A stretch of 64,000 nt of DNA from Candidatus Dormiibacterota bacterium (GTDB lineage Bacteria; Chloroflexota; Dormibacteria; Aeolococcales; Aeolococcaceae), in the NCBI GenBank assembly GCA_963777445.1, contig CAVZQR010000017.1, positions 5,226-69,225 of the forward strand, read 5' to 3'. Both the position numbers and the translations under genes were made by a program. Below the pieces are notes generated by a model. The model was not told the origin of the DNA and searched no databases. It saw nothing but the letters and a program-made list of their open reading frames with translations. Positions 19,017 through 29,054 of this stretch are shown one piece after another. How positions within the stretch are numbered: position 1 is the first letter of the stretch; the number at the start of each line of letters is the position of its first letter.

Positions 19017-20255
19017 ATGGGAACCATCACCGAGGAGCTGTTCGGTCGCCGTCTCGGACGCACCGTGCACGCGGGTGACACGGTCATCGCCGAGGTCGAC
19101 GTCGCGATGGCACATGACGTCACCGGGCCGCTGGCGATCGAGGCCTTTCGGAGCCTCGACCTGCCCCTGTGGGACGCCAGCCGCATCGTCTTCAACTTCG
19201 ACCATGTGATGCCCGCCAACACTGTCGCCGCGGCGGAATTGCACCGGGTCATCCGGGAGTTCTGCGTGGAGCACGCGATCACCAACCTGTTTGCGGAGGG
19301 CATCTGCCACCAGGTGATGGTCGATCGGCGGCTCGCCCGCCCCGGGGGCATCGTGGTCGGCGCCGATTCGCACAGCACGACGTACGGAGGGCTCGGCTGT
19401 TTCGCCACCGGCCTCGGGTCGACCGACATCGGGGTGGTCTTCGCCACCGGGAAGACGTGGTTCCGCATTCCCGAGACCGTCCGCATCGAGGTGCACGGCG
19501 CACTCCCCAGGGGCGTGTACGCCAAGGACCTGGCGCTCCACGTCATCTCGCGAATGGGTGCCGACGGCGCCGATTACTGCGCCGTGGAATGGGGCGGCGA
19601 AGCGGTGGCGGCCATGAGCGTCGACGAGCGGCTGACCCTCTGCAACCTGAGCACCGACTTCGGCGCCAAGACCGGGATCGTCGAACCCGACGCGGTCACG
19701 TTCGCCCACTCGGGTGGGGAGCCCGTCGACCTCCACCCCATCCGCGCCGAATACGTGCAAACGCTCGGGGTCGACGCGGAGCGCCTCCGCCCGCAGGTGG
19801 CGGTGCACCCCAGCATTGACAACGTACACGACATCGACGACGTCGCCGGGACGTCGCTCGACGAGGTCTTCATCGGCAGCTGCACCAACGGCCGCCTCAG
19901 CGATCTGGCCATCGCGGCATCGATCCTCTCGGGCCGGACAGTGCATCCGACGACGCGGACCATCATCGTGCCGGCATCGCGAGGGGTGTACCTCGAGGCG
20001 CTCAGCGCGGGTTACATCGAGACCTTCGCGCGAGCCGGAGCGCTGGTGCTCAATCCCGGATGCGGCCCGTGCCTGGGACGCCAGCACGGTGTGGTCGGGC
20101 CCGGCGAGCGGGTGCTCTCGACGAGCAACCGCAACTACCCGGGTCGCATGGGCAGCCCGGACGCGCAGATCTTCCTGGCGTCGCCGGCGGTCGCGGCCGC
20201 ATCCGCGCTCGCGGGGGTGATCACCGACCCCGCCACGCTGGAGGCGGTGGCATGA
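19017..20255 (+). CDS. hacA: homoaconitase / 3-isopropylmalate dehydratase-family large subunit
   Basis: Aconitase-family motifs GADSHSTTYGG, GSCTNGR, NPGCGPCLG. Context between hcs and lysW. Confidence 0.85.
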   Translation: MGTITEELFGRRLGRTVHAGDTVIAEVDVAMAHDVTGPLAIEAFRSLDLPLWDASRIVFNFDHVMPANTVAAAELHRVIREFCVEHAITNLFAEGICHQVMVDRRLARPGGIVVGADSHSTTYGGLGCFATGLGSTDIGVVFATGKTWFRIPETVRIEVHGALPRGVYAKDLALHVISRMGADGADYCAVEWGGEAVAAMSVDERLTLCNLSTDFGAKTGIVEPDAVTFAHSGGEPVDLHPIRAEYVQTLGVDAERLRPQVAVHPSIDNVHDIDDVAGTSLDEVFIGSCTNGRLSDLAIAASILSGRTVHPTTRTIIVPASRGVYLEALSAGYIETFARAGALVLNPGCGPCLGRQHGVVGPGERVLSTSNRNYPGRMGSPDAQIFLASPAVAAASALAGVITDPATLEAVA

Positions 20256-20761
20256 GCGGCCGCGTCTTCCTGCTCGGTGACGGGGTCAGCACCGACGCGA
20301 TCATGCCGGGCCGGTACAACGTGACCACCGATCCCGACGCGCTGCGTCGAAGCTGCCTCATCGAGGCCCGGCCGGACTTCGTCGCGACCGTCCAACCGGG
20401 TGATGTCATCGTCGCCGGGCGCAACTTCGGCTGCGGCAGCTCGCGCGAGCACGCGCCCCTGTCCATCAAGCGCAATGGGGTCGCGGCGGTGATCGCGGCC
20501 AGCTTTGCCCGCATCTTCTACCGGAATGCAGTGAACATCGGGCTGCCCGTCATCCGGTGCGCCGAGGCACACCGCGTCCTCCGCGACGGCGACGAGGTCA
20601 CCGTCGACGCGCTGACCGGAACGATCGTCACGGCGACCGGGACGCTCCACGGCGAGCCGCCGTCAGGCGTCGCCCTGCGAATCATCCAGGCCGGGTCGCT
20701 GGTCGATCTGATCAGACGTGGCGGATGGTCTGCGCTGGAGGAGGAACGCCGTGTGTCCTGA
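20252..20761 (+). CDS. hacB: homoaconitase-family small subunit
   Basis: MSGRVFLLGDGVSTDAIMP...NFGCGSSREHAP. ATGA overlap with hacA. Confidence 0.85.
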   Translation: MSGRVFLLGDGVSTDAIMPGRYNVTTDPDALRRSCLIEARPDFVATVQPGDVIVAGRNFGCGSSREHAPLSIKRNGVAAVIAASFARIFYRNAVNIGLPVIRCAEAHRVLRDGDEVTVDALTGTIVTATGTLHGEPPSGVALRIIQAGSLVDLIRRGGWSALEEERRVS

Positions 20762-20909
20762 ATGCGATGCCCAGGTCACCGTCGACGACGGCGTCGAGCG
20801 CGGCGAGGTCGTGACCTGCCCGGAGTGCAACGCCGAACTGGAGGTCATCGGGCTCGATCCTCCACGATTCGTGCTCGCTCCACCGGAAGAGGTCGACTGG
20901 GGTGAGTGA
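20751..20909 (+). CDS. lysW: amino-group carrier protein LysW
   Basis: 52 aa, VCPECDAQ...[10 protein letters not shown] zinc ribbon and C-terminal EEVDWGE. GGAGGAGGAA Shine-Dalgarno ends 4 nt (core GGAGG 7 nt) before GTG 20751. Confidence 0.88.
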   Translation: MCPECDAQVTVDDGVERGEVVTCPECNAELEVIGLDPPRFVLAPPEEVDWGE

Positions 20910-20913
20910 TCAG

Positions 20914-21774
20914 ATGCGAATCGGCATGCTCTGCTCACGGATCCGCGTCGAGGAGAAGTTGCTGCGCGACGCGCTCGCGCACCGAGGTCTCGACGTCGAG
21001 ATCGTCGACGACCGGGAGTTGACCTTGACGCTGGCGCAGCCCGTCCGGCGCTGGGATGCGGTGCTCGAGCGGAGCATCTCGCAGACACGCGGGCTCGCGG
21101 TGACGCGCGTTCTGGAGTCATGGGGTGTTCCCACGATCAACCGCCACGCCGTCGCCGTGACGTGCGCCAGCAAGCTCGACACTTCGGCGGCGCTCGTGGC
21201 CGCGGGCGTCCCAACGCCCGCGACAGCGCTCGCATTCACCCCCGAGGCGGCCGTGCGCGCGGCGGAGGATCTCGGCTATCCGGTTGTGCTCAAGCCGGTG
21301 ACCGGGTCGTGGGGCAGGCTGCTCGCGAAGATCAACGACCGGGACGCCGCCGAGGCTCTGTTCGAACACAAGGCGCTGCTGGGCGGCCCTGAGCACTCCG
21401 TCTTCTATCTGCAGCGACACGTCGACAAGCCCGGACGCGACATCCGCGCGTTCGTCGTCGGCGACGACGTGATCTGCGCGATCTACCGCGAGTCCGAGCA
21501 CTGGGTCACCAACACCGCTCGCGGCGCCACGACTCGCGATTGCCCCGTCGGCGGAACGCTCCGCCGACTGTCGCTGGATGCTGCGGCTGCGGTCGGCGGT
21601 GGGGTGCTCGCGATCGACCTGCTCGAGGATCACGACAGCCTGGTCGTCAGCGAGGTCAACGCGACCATGGAGTTCAAGAACTCGATCGACGTGACCGGCG
21701 TCGACATCCCCGGGCACGTCGCAGACCATGTCCGCGCGGTCGCCCGCGGTGCGCCGATCGCGGTGGGTGGCTGA
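20914..21774 (+). CDS. lysX: ATP-grasp ligase LysX (alpha-aminoadipate--LysW ligase)
   Basis: RimK-type ATP-grasp: [39 protein letters not shown]. Start ATG 20914 or GTG 20902. Confidence 0.88.
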   Translation: MRIGMLCSRIRVEEKLLRDALAHRGLDVEIVDDRELTLTLAQPVRRWDAVLERSISQTRGLAVTRVLESWGVPTINRHAVAVTCASKLDTSAALVAAGVPTPATALAFTPEAAVRAAEDLGYPVVLKPVTGSWGRLLAKINDRDAAEALFEHKALLGGPEHSVFYLQRHVDKPGRDIRAFVVGDDVICAIYRESEHWVTNTARGATTRDCPVGGTLRRLSLDAAAAVGGGVLAIDLLEDHDSLVVSEVNATMEFKNSIDVTGVDIPGHVADHVRAVARGAPIAVGG

Positions 21775-21775
21775 C

Positions 21776-22843
21776 GTGGCGGTGGAGGCCGACGTCGCGA
21801 CCGGCACCGGGATCGACGTCGCGGAGTTGCTCACGGCGATGCTCTCGGTGCCCAGCCCGAGCGGCCAGGAGGACGCAGTGGCGTCGCTTTTGGTGTCGCG
21901 CCTCCTGCATGCGGGGTTCGATGTCGATGTCGACGCGGCCGGCAATGTCGTCGCGGCCTGGGGTGACGGCCCGGAGACGATCGCGCTGGTCGGCCACATC
22001 GACACCGTTCCCGGGCACATCGGGGTGCGCCGCGACGGGGATCTGATCCACGGCCGCGGCGCCGTGGACGCGAAGGGGCCTCTGGCGACGGCGATCGCAG
22101 CCGTACGCCGGCAGCCCCGGCACGGCGCGCGACGCTTCGTGATCGTTGGGGCCGTCGAGGAGGAAACGTCCTCGAGAGGAGCGCGCCATCTCGCCAAGTC
22201 AATGGCGCCCCCCTCGTCCCTGGTGATCCTCGAGCCGAGCGGCTGGGACGCTGTGACCATCGGATACAAGGGAAGCCTCCGCCTGCGGGCGAGCGTCGAG
22301 CAACCGCACGCGCATGGCGCGGGCCGCGAGCCGAGCGCCCCCGACCGCTGCGTCGAACTCGTTCGGGCGCTCCAGGCCAGCGCATCGCAGTCCGGCGGCG
22401 GAGCTGGCGTCTTCGATCGAGTCGATGTCCGGGTGCTCCGCTTCGACTCGTCAAGCGACGGGCTCAACGATCGCGCGAGCGTGGACCTGGGTGTCCGCAC
22501 CCCGCCCGGTTGCGACGTGGACGCCCTGATCGCTGTGGCGCGGTCATCCGCGCCCGCCGCAGAGCTGGCGATCCTGGGCAGTGAACCGGGCGTCCGCACC
22601 GACAGAGCCAGTCCACTGGCTCGTGGCTTCGTTCGCGCCATCCGCTCCCACGGTGGCGCGCCGCGATTCAAGCTGAAGACCGGGACATCCGATCTCAACG
22701 TCCTGGTTCCTGCGTGGGGGTGTCAGGCGGTCGCGTACGGGCCAGGGGACTCGCAGCTCGACCACACGCCCGGAGAGCACATCTCGGTCACCGAGTTGGA
22801 GCGCGCGGTCTTGGTTCTCGAAGCCGCGCTGGACGGCTCATGA
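21776..22843 (+). CDS. lysK: M20-family deacylase LysK ([LysW]-lysine hydrolase, ArgE-like)
   Basis: GHIDTVPG, GRGAVDAKG, EEETSS. GTG 21776 lies just after the lysX stop; alternative start ATG 21728. Confidence 0.8.
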   Translation: MAVEADVATGTGIDVAELLTAMLSVPSPSGQEDAVASLLVSRLLHAGFDVDVDAAGNVVAAWGDGPETIALVGHIDTVPGHIGVRRDGDLIHGRGAVDAKGPLATAIAAVRRQPRHGARRFVIVGAVEEETSSRGARHLAKSMAPPSSLVILEPSGWDAVTIGYKGSLRLRASVEQPHAHGAGREPSAPDRCVELVRALQASASQSGGGAGVFDRVDVRVLRFDSSSDGLNDRASVDLGVRTPPGCDVDALIAVARSSAPAAELAILGSEPGVRTDRASPLARGFVRAIRSHGGAPRFKLKTGTSDLNVLVPAWGCQAVAYGPGDSQLDHTPGEHISVTELERAVLVLEAALDGS

Positions 22844-23886
22844 TCCGGGCGCTGGTCGTCGGGGGCGCCGGCTACGCGGGCGGTGAGGTGGTGCGCCTCC
22901 TGGCCGGCCATCCCGAGATCGAGGTGGTCCAGGTCACCTCCGAGCGGCTTGCGGGCAAGCCCGTTGCTTCGGTCCACCCTCCCCTGCGTGGGCGGACCGA
23001 GCTGCGCTTCTCGTCGCGCGATAACCTGCTCGATGCCGACGTGGTCTTCGCGGCCATGAGCCACGGCGAATCCAGCGGCGCGATCGAGCACCTGCGCGCA
23101 GCGGCGCCGGTCGTGATCGACCTCGGCGCCGACTTCCGGCTGCGTGACCCTCAGGACTATCCGCGCTGGTACGGCTGGAGCCACCCGGCGCCCGGGCTGC
23201 TCGACGAGGCGGTTTACGGGCTCGCCGAGATGCACCGGGCGGAGATCGGGTCGGCGTCGCTCATCGCCGCCGGCGGCTGCCTGGCGACAGCGTCGATCCT
23301 CGGCCTCGCCCCGCTCGCCTGCGCCGGGTTGCTCGACCCGGCCATCCCCCTGGTCATGGAGGCGAAGGTCGGCTCGTCGGCGGGTGGCGCACAGGCGGGA
23401 GATGCGACCCACCACGCCCACCGAAGCGGCGAGATCCGCTCCTATGCACCCACCGGGCACCGCCACACCGCGGAGATCGTCCAGGAGCTGCACCTCGCCC
23501 CATCGAGCCAGCAGGTCGCCTTCTCCGCGACGGCGGTCGAAGCGGTTCGCGGCGTGCACATCACCGCCCACGCTTTCATCAACGCCGACCTGGACGACCG
23601 CGAGCTCTGGCGGGTGTATCGATCGCGCTACGGCTCCGAGCCGTTCGTCCGCGTCGTCAAGTCGCATTCCGGGCTGCACCGCTCACCCTCCCCGAAGTTG
23701 CTCAGCGGGACCAACTACTGCGACGTCAGCTTCGAGCGTGATCGGCATTCGCGCCGCGTCGTGGTCACCGCCGCGCTCGACAATCTCGTGAAGGGATCGG
23801 CGGGCCAGGCGGTGCAGGCGTTCAACGTGCGCCACGGGTTCCCCGAGACACTCGGTCTCGAGTTCGGCGGCCTGTACCCCATCTGA
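22840..23886 (+). CDS. lysY: LysY ([LysW]-aminoadipyl-phosphate reductase, ArgC-like)
   Basis: MIRALVVGGAGYAGGE...GGCLATAS (Cys in an ArgC-like context). ATGA overlap with lysK. Confidence 0.85.
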   Translation: MIRALVVGGAGYAGGEVVRLLAGHPEIEVVQVTSERLAGKPVASVHPPLRGRTELRFSSRDNLLDADVVFAAMSHGESSGAIEHLRAAAPVVIDLGADFRLRDPQDYPRWYGWSHPAPGLLDEAVYGLAEMHRAEIGSASLIAAGGCLATASILGLAPLACAGLLDPAIPLVMEAKVGSSAGGAQAGDATHHAHRSGEIRSYAPTGHRHTAEIVQELHLAPSSQQVAFSATAVEAVRGVHITAHAFINADLDDRELWRVYRSRYGSEPFVRVVKSHSGLHRSPSPKLLSGTNYCDVSFERDRHSRRVVVTAALDNLVKGSAGQAVQAFNVRHGFPETLGLEFGGLYPI

Positions 23887-24677
23887 TGATCGTCGTGAAG
23901 ATCGGCGGCAGCGTTCGCCGGCTCGACCCGCTCCTCGAGGACATCGCAACCACGACCGAGCAGACGGTGGTGGTCCACGGAGCGAGCAGGGCTCTCGACG
24001 ACCTGTCCACCCGTCTTGGCAGCCCTCCCCGCATGGTCGAATCGGAGCGCGGCGACGTGAGCCGATTCACCGATGCGACAACCATGGACCACTTCCTGAT
24101 GGCCTATGCCGGCAGAGCCAACAAGCGGATCGTCGAGCGGCTCAGGCAGCTCGGCGTCAACGCGTTCGGCATGTGCGGCCTCGACGGCGGCCTGGTTCGA
24201 GGGACCCGGCGACCGGCCCTGCGCATCCGCGAGAACGGCCGGACCAAGGTGCTCCACGACAACCACGTGGGCAGCATCGACTCGGTCGATGCGGTGCTCC
24301 TCGGCCGGCTGCTCGCCGCCCGCTTGACGCCGGTGATCTGCCCGCCGATCGCCGCCGAGGACGGCACCGCCATCAATGTCGACGGCGACCGCCTCGCCGC
24401 GGAGATTGCGGTTGCTCTGGGGGCAACCCTGCTGATGATCTTCTCCGACACGCCGGGACTCCTGCGCGACCCCGACGATGAGACGAGCCTCATCGGACGG
24501 CTCTCGACGCGCGAGGCGGAGCACCTCATTCCGGCCATTGGTGGCAGGGCGCGAGTGAAGCTCCGCGCCAGCGCCGAGGCCCGGCTGCGCGGGGTCGGAG
24601 CCGTCTGCGTCGCCGACGGGCGTGTCCAGCGCCCGCTGTTCAGCGCGCTGTCCGGCGCTGGAACCTGGGTGCGTTAG
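23886..24677 (+). CDS. lysZ: LysZ ([LysW]-aminoadipate kinase, ArgB-like)
   Basis: MIVVKIGGS...VVVHGAS...NVDGDRLAAEIA, amino-acid kinase fold motifs. Confidence 0.85.
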   Translation: MIVVKIGGSVRRLDPLLEDIATTTEQTVVVHGASRALDDLSTRLGSPPRMVESERGDVSRFTDATTMDHFLMAYAGRANKRIVERLRQLGVNAFGMCGLDGGLVRGTRRPALRIRENGRTKVLHDNHVGSIDSVDAVLLGRLLAARLTPVICPPIAAEDGTAINVDGDRLAAEIAVALGATLLMIFSDTPGLLRDPDDETSLIGRLSTREAEHLIPAIGGRARVKLRASAEARLRGVGAVCVADGRVQRPLFSALSGAGTWVR

Positions 24678-24709
24678 CGACCCGTCCGGCTACCCTGACG
24701 GCCACTCCC

Positions 24710-25504
24710 ATGGTCCAGCGTTCCTTTCTCGAGCAATCGACGGCGATCGCCTTCGCACATCGCGGCGGCGGCGGCGAGGCTCCGGAGAACACGCTGCCCG
24801 CGTTCGAGGCCGCCGTGGCGATGGGATACCGGTACCTGGAGACCGACGTCCAGTTGACCCGCGACGGTGCGCTCCTCGCCTTTCACGACAGCAGTCTGGA
24901 CCGCTTGACCGATCGCGTCGGGAGGATCAGCGCGCTGTCCTTCGCCGAGGTTCGCGAGGCCGACGCGGGATACGCGTTCAGCCCGGACGGCGGGCTCAAC
25001 TTCCCCTTTCGGGGCACCGGTGTCGTGGTCCCGACGCTCGAGGAACTGCTCACCAGGTGGGAGGACGTCTACCTCAACATCGACGCCAAGTCCGATGACA
25101 CCGTCGCCCCGCTTGTCGCCTTGGTCAGCCGCCTGGATGCGTTCAATCGCGTCTGTATCGGATCGTTCTCCGACCGTCGCGTCGCGCGCATCCGCGCGCT
25201 GGCGCGGGGGCGGATCTGCTCGTCGATGGGGCAGGCGGCGACCGCGATGGCCTACGCCGTCTCGCGGACCGGCCGGATGCCACGTTTCCACGCCGACTGC
25301 CTTCAGGTGCCGCAGCGTTGGGGGCGGCTTCGTATCGACGCACGGTTCGTCAGGGCCGCTCACCGCGCCGGGCTGCCGGTGCACGTCTGGACCGTGGACG
25401 ACGAGGCCCAGATGGGGCTTCTGCTCGACCTCGGCGTCGACGGGATCATGACCGACCGTCCCCGCATCTTGAAACGGGTCTTCGAGGCGCGCGGTCTGTG
25501 GTGA
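24710..25504 (+). CDS. glycerophosphodiester phosphodiesterase family protein
   Basis: AHRGGGGEAPENTLPAF...ETDVQLTRDG...VWTVDD. Confidence 0.85.
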   Translation: MVQRSFLEQSTAIAFAHRGGGGEAPENTLPAFEAAVAMGYRYLETDVQLTRDGALLAFHDSSLDRLTDRVGRISALSFAEVREADAGYAFSPDGGLNFPFRGTGVVVPTLEELLTRWEDVYLNIDAKSDDTVAPLVALVSRLDAFNRVCIGSFSDRRVARIRALARGRICSSMGQAATAMAYAVSRTGRMPRFHADCLQVPQRWGRLRIDARFVRAAHRAGLPVHVWTVDDEAQMGLLLDLGVDGIMTDRPRILKRVFEARGLW

Positions 25505-25522
25505 CCGCCGGAGCGCGCTATC

Positions 25523-27331
25523 GTGGGATGGATGCTGCCATCTGACCCTGGGGTGAAGTACATCCCGGCCGCCGATGCCGAGGACTGGTACGCGCCTGAC
25601 GAGCATCTGCGGTGGATGACCCGCCGGACGGTCGGCGAGGCCCTGTGGCCGGTGGCCGAGGGAGCGCTTCGCGAGCTCGGAACGATGGTGCCCCAGGTGA
25701 TCGAGCCGCTTGCCCGGGCAGCGGACCGGCATCCGCCCGTGCTGCGCCCCTACAACGGACGCGGCGAGCGCATCGATGAGATCGAGTTCCATCCCGCGTA
25801 CCGGGAGCTCGAATCCAGGGTGCTCGGCTTCGGCGCGGTTCGCGCCGCGTACGCACCGGGCTGGCGCGGCCTCCCCCAACGCGCACCCCGCAGCCTGGTC
25901 ACGGCAATGCTCTATCTCATCCTCGAGTCCGACCAGGCGATCACCGGCTGTCCGATCGGGATGATGGACGCCGCGGCTCGCTGCCTCGAGCGCAATGACC
26001 CTGCGCTCGCCGCGCGATTCGTCCCCGGCATCATCGATGACACCGGTGAGCACCGCACGGTCGCGATGTTCCTGACCGAGAAGGCAGGCGGATCAGATGT
26101 CGGTGCAAATGAGACGGTCGCGACTCCCATGGGCGCTGGCACATGGCGCCTCTCCGGTGAGAAGTGGTTCGCAAGCTGTGCGCACAGCGACCTGATCCTG
26201 GTGCTCGCTCGACCCGCAGGCGCGCCACCAGGACCGCGCGGGCTGGGCCTCTTCCTCATGCCGCGACACCTCGAGGACGGGACCCGCAACTCCTACGTCA
26301 TCCACCGCCTCAAGGAGAAGTTCGGGACCCACGCGATGGCGTCGGCCGAGGTGGGGCTGCGTGACGCCTTCGCATGGCAGGTGGGCGCACTCGAGCGCGG
26401 CCTGGCGCAGATGATGGATATGGTCAACGCGACCAGGATCGGCATCGCCACGGCAACCGCAGGTGCGATGCGACGCAGCGCGTTCGAAGCACTGACGCAT
26501 ACGCGCGGTCGATCGACGTTCGGGCGCCGTCTCGATCTGCATCCGTTGATGCGCGACACGCTTGCGGACCTCGTCGTGGACTCGGTGGCCGGGCTCACGG
26601 CAGCCATGGGGGTGGCCGAGCTGTCCGACGGCGCCGACTCCGGCGATCACGAGGCCGCCGCAGCCCTGCGCCTGCTGACACCGCTGTTCAAGATGCATGG
26701 AACCGAACGCGCGCGCGTCTGCGCCACCGAGGCCATGGAGGTCCGCGGTGGCAATGGGTTCATCGAAGACTGGCCGGACGCGCGCCTCCTGCGCGATGTG
26801 TACGTGCACGCGATCTGGGAGGGATCGGGCAACGTGATCGCGCTCGATGTGCAGCGGGCAATCGAGCACGGTGCGCTCCCGGGCTACCTCGGCGATACGG
26901 AACGCCGGGCCGAGGGCGTGTCGACGGGTGGTGCCGTCGCGCCACTCGGTGGCGTGCTTCTCGATGGGCTGCAGCGCCTCGAAGCGCAGCTTGGTGCGTT
27001 GAACGGCATCGACGACCCGGATGCGCGCCAGCTGCCACTCCGTCGCATCGCCCGGCGCATGGCGGTGCTGGCCATCGGCGCGCGGCTCGCGGAGCAGGCC
27101 AACGAGTTCGCGGCCGACACGGGCAGCGGCCGCCTCGGCTGGATCGCAGCGCGCTACCTGTCCCGTCTTGGCGGGGAGGCAGCCGTCGCGGAGCTGGCCG
27201 ACGACGCCTCGTGGCTGCCGCACGCGGACGCGTTGCTGCACGGCGGCGAGGTCCCGCTGACCGTGGCCACGGCGGCGGCTCGACGCACCGCGTCGGCGCT
27301 GGGGGCGCCCGGCGCGCTGATCCCCGTTTAG
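25523..27331 (+). CDS. AidB-like acyl-CoA dehydrogenase family protein
   Basis: 602 aa. FLTEKAGGSDVGANET, GEKWFAS, EVRGGNGFIED, IWEGSGNV. Confidence 0.8.
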   Translation: MGWMLPSDPGVKYIPAADAEDWYAPDEHLRWMTRRTVGEALWPVAEGALRELGTMVPQVIEPLARAADRHPPVLRPYNGRGERIDEIEFHPAYRELESRVLGFGAVRAAYAPGWRGLPQRAPRSLVTAMLYLILESDQAITGCPIGMMDAAARCLERNDPALAARFVPGIIDDTGEHRTVAMFLTEKAGGSDVGANETVATPMGAGTWRLSGEKWFASCAHSDLILVLARPAGAPPGPRGLGLFLMPRHLEDGTRNSYVIHRLKEKFGTHAMASAEVGLRDAFAWQVGALERGLAQMMDMVNATRIGIATATAGAMRRSAFEALTHTRGRSTFGRRLDLHPLMRDTLADLVVDSVAGLTAAMGVAELSDGADSGDHEAAAALRLLTPLFKMHGTERARVCATEAMEVRGGNGFIEDWPDARLLRDVYVHAIWEGSGNVIALDVQRAIEHGALPGYLGDTERRAEGVSTGGAVAPLGGVLLDGLQRLEAQLGALNGIDDPDARQLPLRRIARRMAVLAIGARLAEQANEFAADTGSGRLGWIAARYLSRLGGEAAVAELADDASWLPHADALLHGGEVPLTVATAAARRTASALGAPGALIPV

Positions 27332-27993
27332 GACTGCACCACGAGGGCGAAGGCGAACCCGTCCCAGCCCTTGACACCGACCGTCTGAATCACCGCCGGA
27401 GCCAGGCGCCGGTCGGCGCCCATCTGCTCGATGAGGCGGCGCATGCCCGCCGTGTCGGGGTCCGAGCTCTCGGTATCGATCAGCTTCCCCTGGCGGACCA
27501 CGTTGTCCACCACGATGAGGCTGCCGGGATGCGCGAGATCCACGGCGGTGCTGAAGTACTCTGGGGTGTTGCGCTTGTCGGCATCGATGAAGACGAGGTC
27601 GAAGGCCTCGGCGTGATCCGCCCTGAGCTTCGCGAGGCTCTCGAGAGCCGGGCCGACGCGCACCTCGACCTTGCCGTCGAGACCGGCGCGCGCGATGTTG
27701 CGCCGCGCAACCTCGGCGTGACGCCCTTCAAGCTCGAGACTGATCAGGCTTCCACCGTCCGGCAGCGCGCGCCCCATCCAGATGGCGCTGTACCCGCCGA
27801 GCGTCCCGATCTCGAGGATGCGCCGAGCGTGGATGGCGCGGGCCAGCAGGTGCAGAAACTGCCCCTGTGCCGGGGACACCGCGATGTTCGGCAGCGCGGC
27901 GCTCTCAGTGATGGCGGCCTCGAGCACCGGGTCGGCGGGTTGCAGCAGTGCGGTCGTGAAAGCGTCGACGGAGTCCCAGCGATCGTCATTCAT
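27328..27993 (-). CDS. class I SAM-dependent O-methyltransferase (caffeoyl-CoA OMT-like)
   Basis: ILEIGTLGGYSAIWM, FDLVFIDADK, GSLIVVDNV. TAGAGT hexamer 8 nt upstream of ATG 27993. Confidence 0.85.
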   Translation of the reverse strand: MNDDRWDSVDAFTTALLQPADPVLEAAITESAALPNIAVSPAQGQFLHLLARAIHARRILEIGTLGGYSAIWMGRALPDGGSLISLELEGRHAEVARRNIARAGLDGKVEVRVGPALESLAKLRADHAEAFDLVFIDADKRNTPEYFSTAVDLAHPGSLIVVDNVVRQGKLIDTESSDPDTAGMRRLIEQMGADRRLAPAVIQTVGVKGWDGFAFALVVQS

Positions 27994-28015
27994 GGTGCGG
28001 CACTCTAGCGTCGCA

Positions 28016-28792
28016 TCAGACCCGAGCTCGACGCCGCGCCACCCAGACCTCCTCGGACGGCCAGCGCCTCGCCCAGGCGACGGTGACGAAGGGATAGCGC
28101 GTGACCGCCTCGTCCGAGGGGCGGAGCTCGATCAGGTCCTCGATGTCGAATCCCGAGTTGCGCAGGAGACGGATCCAGTCGCCGTGGTTGAGATGGAATT
28201 CCACGCCCGTTTCGTCGGGCCATTCGTACCGGTGCATGCCGAAGTAGTCGCGCCGGAGGTCCGTCCCCGCCGGTCCCTCGGCGTCGGAATCGGTCATGGT
28301 GAGCATGAGCAACGCGCCGTTGCCGAGAAAGATCAGCCGGCCCCCGGGTCGGAGCAGCCGGGCTGCCTCGGGGATCCAGCGATACGGGTCACACCAGATC
28401 GCCGCGCCGTACTCACTGATGGCGAGGTCGAAGCTGGCATCGGCGAGCGGCGCCGCTTCGGCGCTGCCCTGGATCAGCGGGAAGTGGAGGTCGTGCTCAT
28501 CCTGGAGGGCTCGCGCGGTCGCAAGCTGGTTCTCCGACAGGTCGATCCCGACCGGCCTCGCACCGCGTCGTGCCAGCCAGGCAGACACGTAGCCGGTGCC
28601 ACACCCGAGCTCGATGGTGTCAAGGCCGTCCACGTCGGGGAGGAGGTGCGCCTCGCTCTCCGGGATGTTCCAGATTCCCCACGAGGGCTCGGACGACCAG
28701 TTCCGCCGTCCCGGACCGGCATACTCCGCTGCCGACGTGTTCCAGGCGGCGCGATTGCGTTCGATGTGGTCGCCAGTCTCGTCTGTTGTCAT
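28016..28792 (-). CDS. class I SAM-dependent methyltransferase
   Basis: TIELGCGTGYVSAWLARRG, LLRPGGRLIF. ATG 28792 chosen because ORF-track start 28858 would run through tRNA-His. TACAGT hexamer 8 nt upstream. Confidence 0.8.
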   Translation of the reverse strand: MTTDETGDHIERNRAAWNTSAAEYAGPGRRNWSSEPSWGIWNIPESEAHLLPDVDGLDTIELGCGTGYVSAWLARRGARPVGIDLSENQLATARALQDEHDLHFPLIQGSAEAAPLADASFDLAISEYGAAIWCDPYRWIPEAARLLRPGGRLIFLGNGALLMLTMTDSDAEGPAGTDLRRDYFGMHRYEWPDETGVEFHLNHGDWIRLLRNSGFDIEDLIELRPSDEAVTRYPFVTVAWARRWPSEEVWVARRRARV

Positions 28793-28815
28793 CGGCGGCG
28801 ACTGTAGCGGGGAAT

Positions 28816-28893
28816 TGGGGTGGCCAGCGGGATTCGAACCCGCGACCTCCAGGGCCACAACCTGGCACTCTAACCAGCTGAGCTATGGCCACC
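28816..28893 (-). tRNA. tRNA-His (GUG) with encoded G-1 and encoded CCA
   Basis: Folded by hand: GGTGGCCATAGCTCAGCTGGTTAGAGTGCCAGGTTGTGGCCCTGGAGGTCGCGGGTTCGAATCCCGCTGGCCACCCCA. Anticodon loop TTGTGGC; T-loop GGTTCGAAT. Confidence 0.9.
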
Positions 28894-28920
28894 ATGGGAC
28901 TCCGGAGAGGAGGCTCGGCG

Positions 28921-28926
28921 ATTATA
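28921..28926 (-). promoter_or_regulatory. perfect TATAAT on the minus strand, 27 nt upstream of the tRNA-His 5' end
   Basis: Plus strand ATTATA at 28921-28926. No convincing -35 seen. Confidence 0.35.
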
Positions 28927-28978
28927 TGGCGCGGTGGTCGGCGGTCCGGACGAATCGCCGCAGGTACACTCGCCGCGC

Positions 28979-29054
28979 GCCCCCGTAGCTCAGCGGATAG
29001 AGCAGCGAGCTTCTAACTCGACGGTCGTGGGTTCGACTCCTACCGGGGGCGCCA
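28979..29054 (+). tRNA. tRNA-Arg (UCU) with encoded CCA
   Basis: Folded by hand: GCCCCCG TA GCTC AGCGGATA GAGC A GCGAG CTTCTAA CTCGA CGGTC GTGGG TTCGACT CCTAC CGGGGGC G CCA. TACACT hexamer 8 nt upstream of the 5' end. Confidence 0.9.

Noticed and set aside
28793-28858. ORF-track start (28858) of the methyltransferase.
   Set aside because: It would translate through tRNA-His. ATG 28792, with a TACAGT hexamer 8 nt upstream, is preferred.
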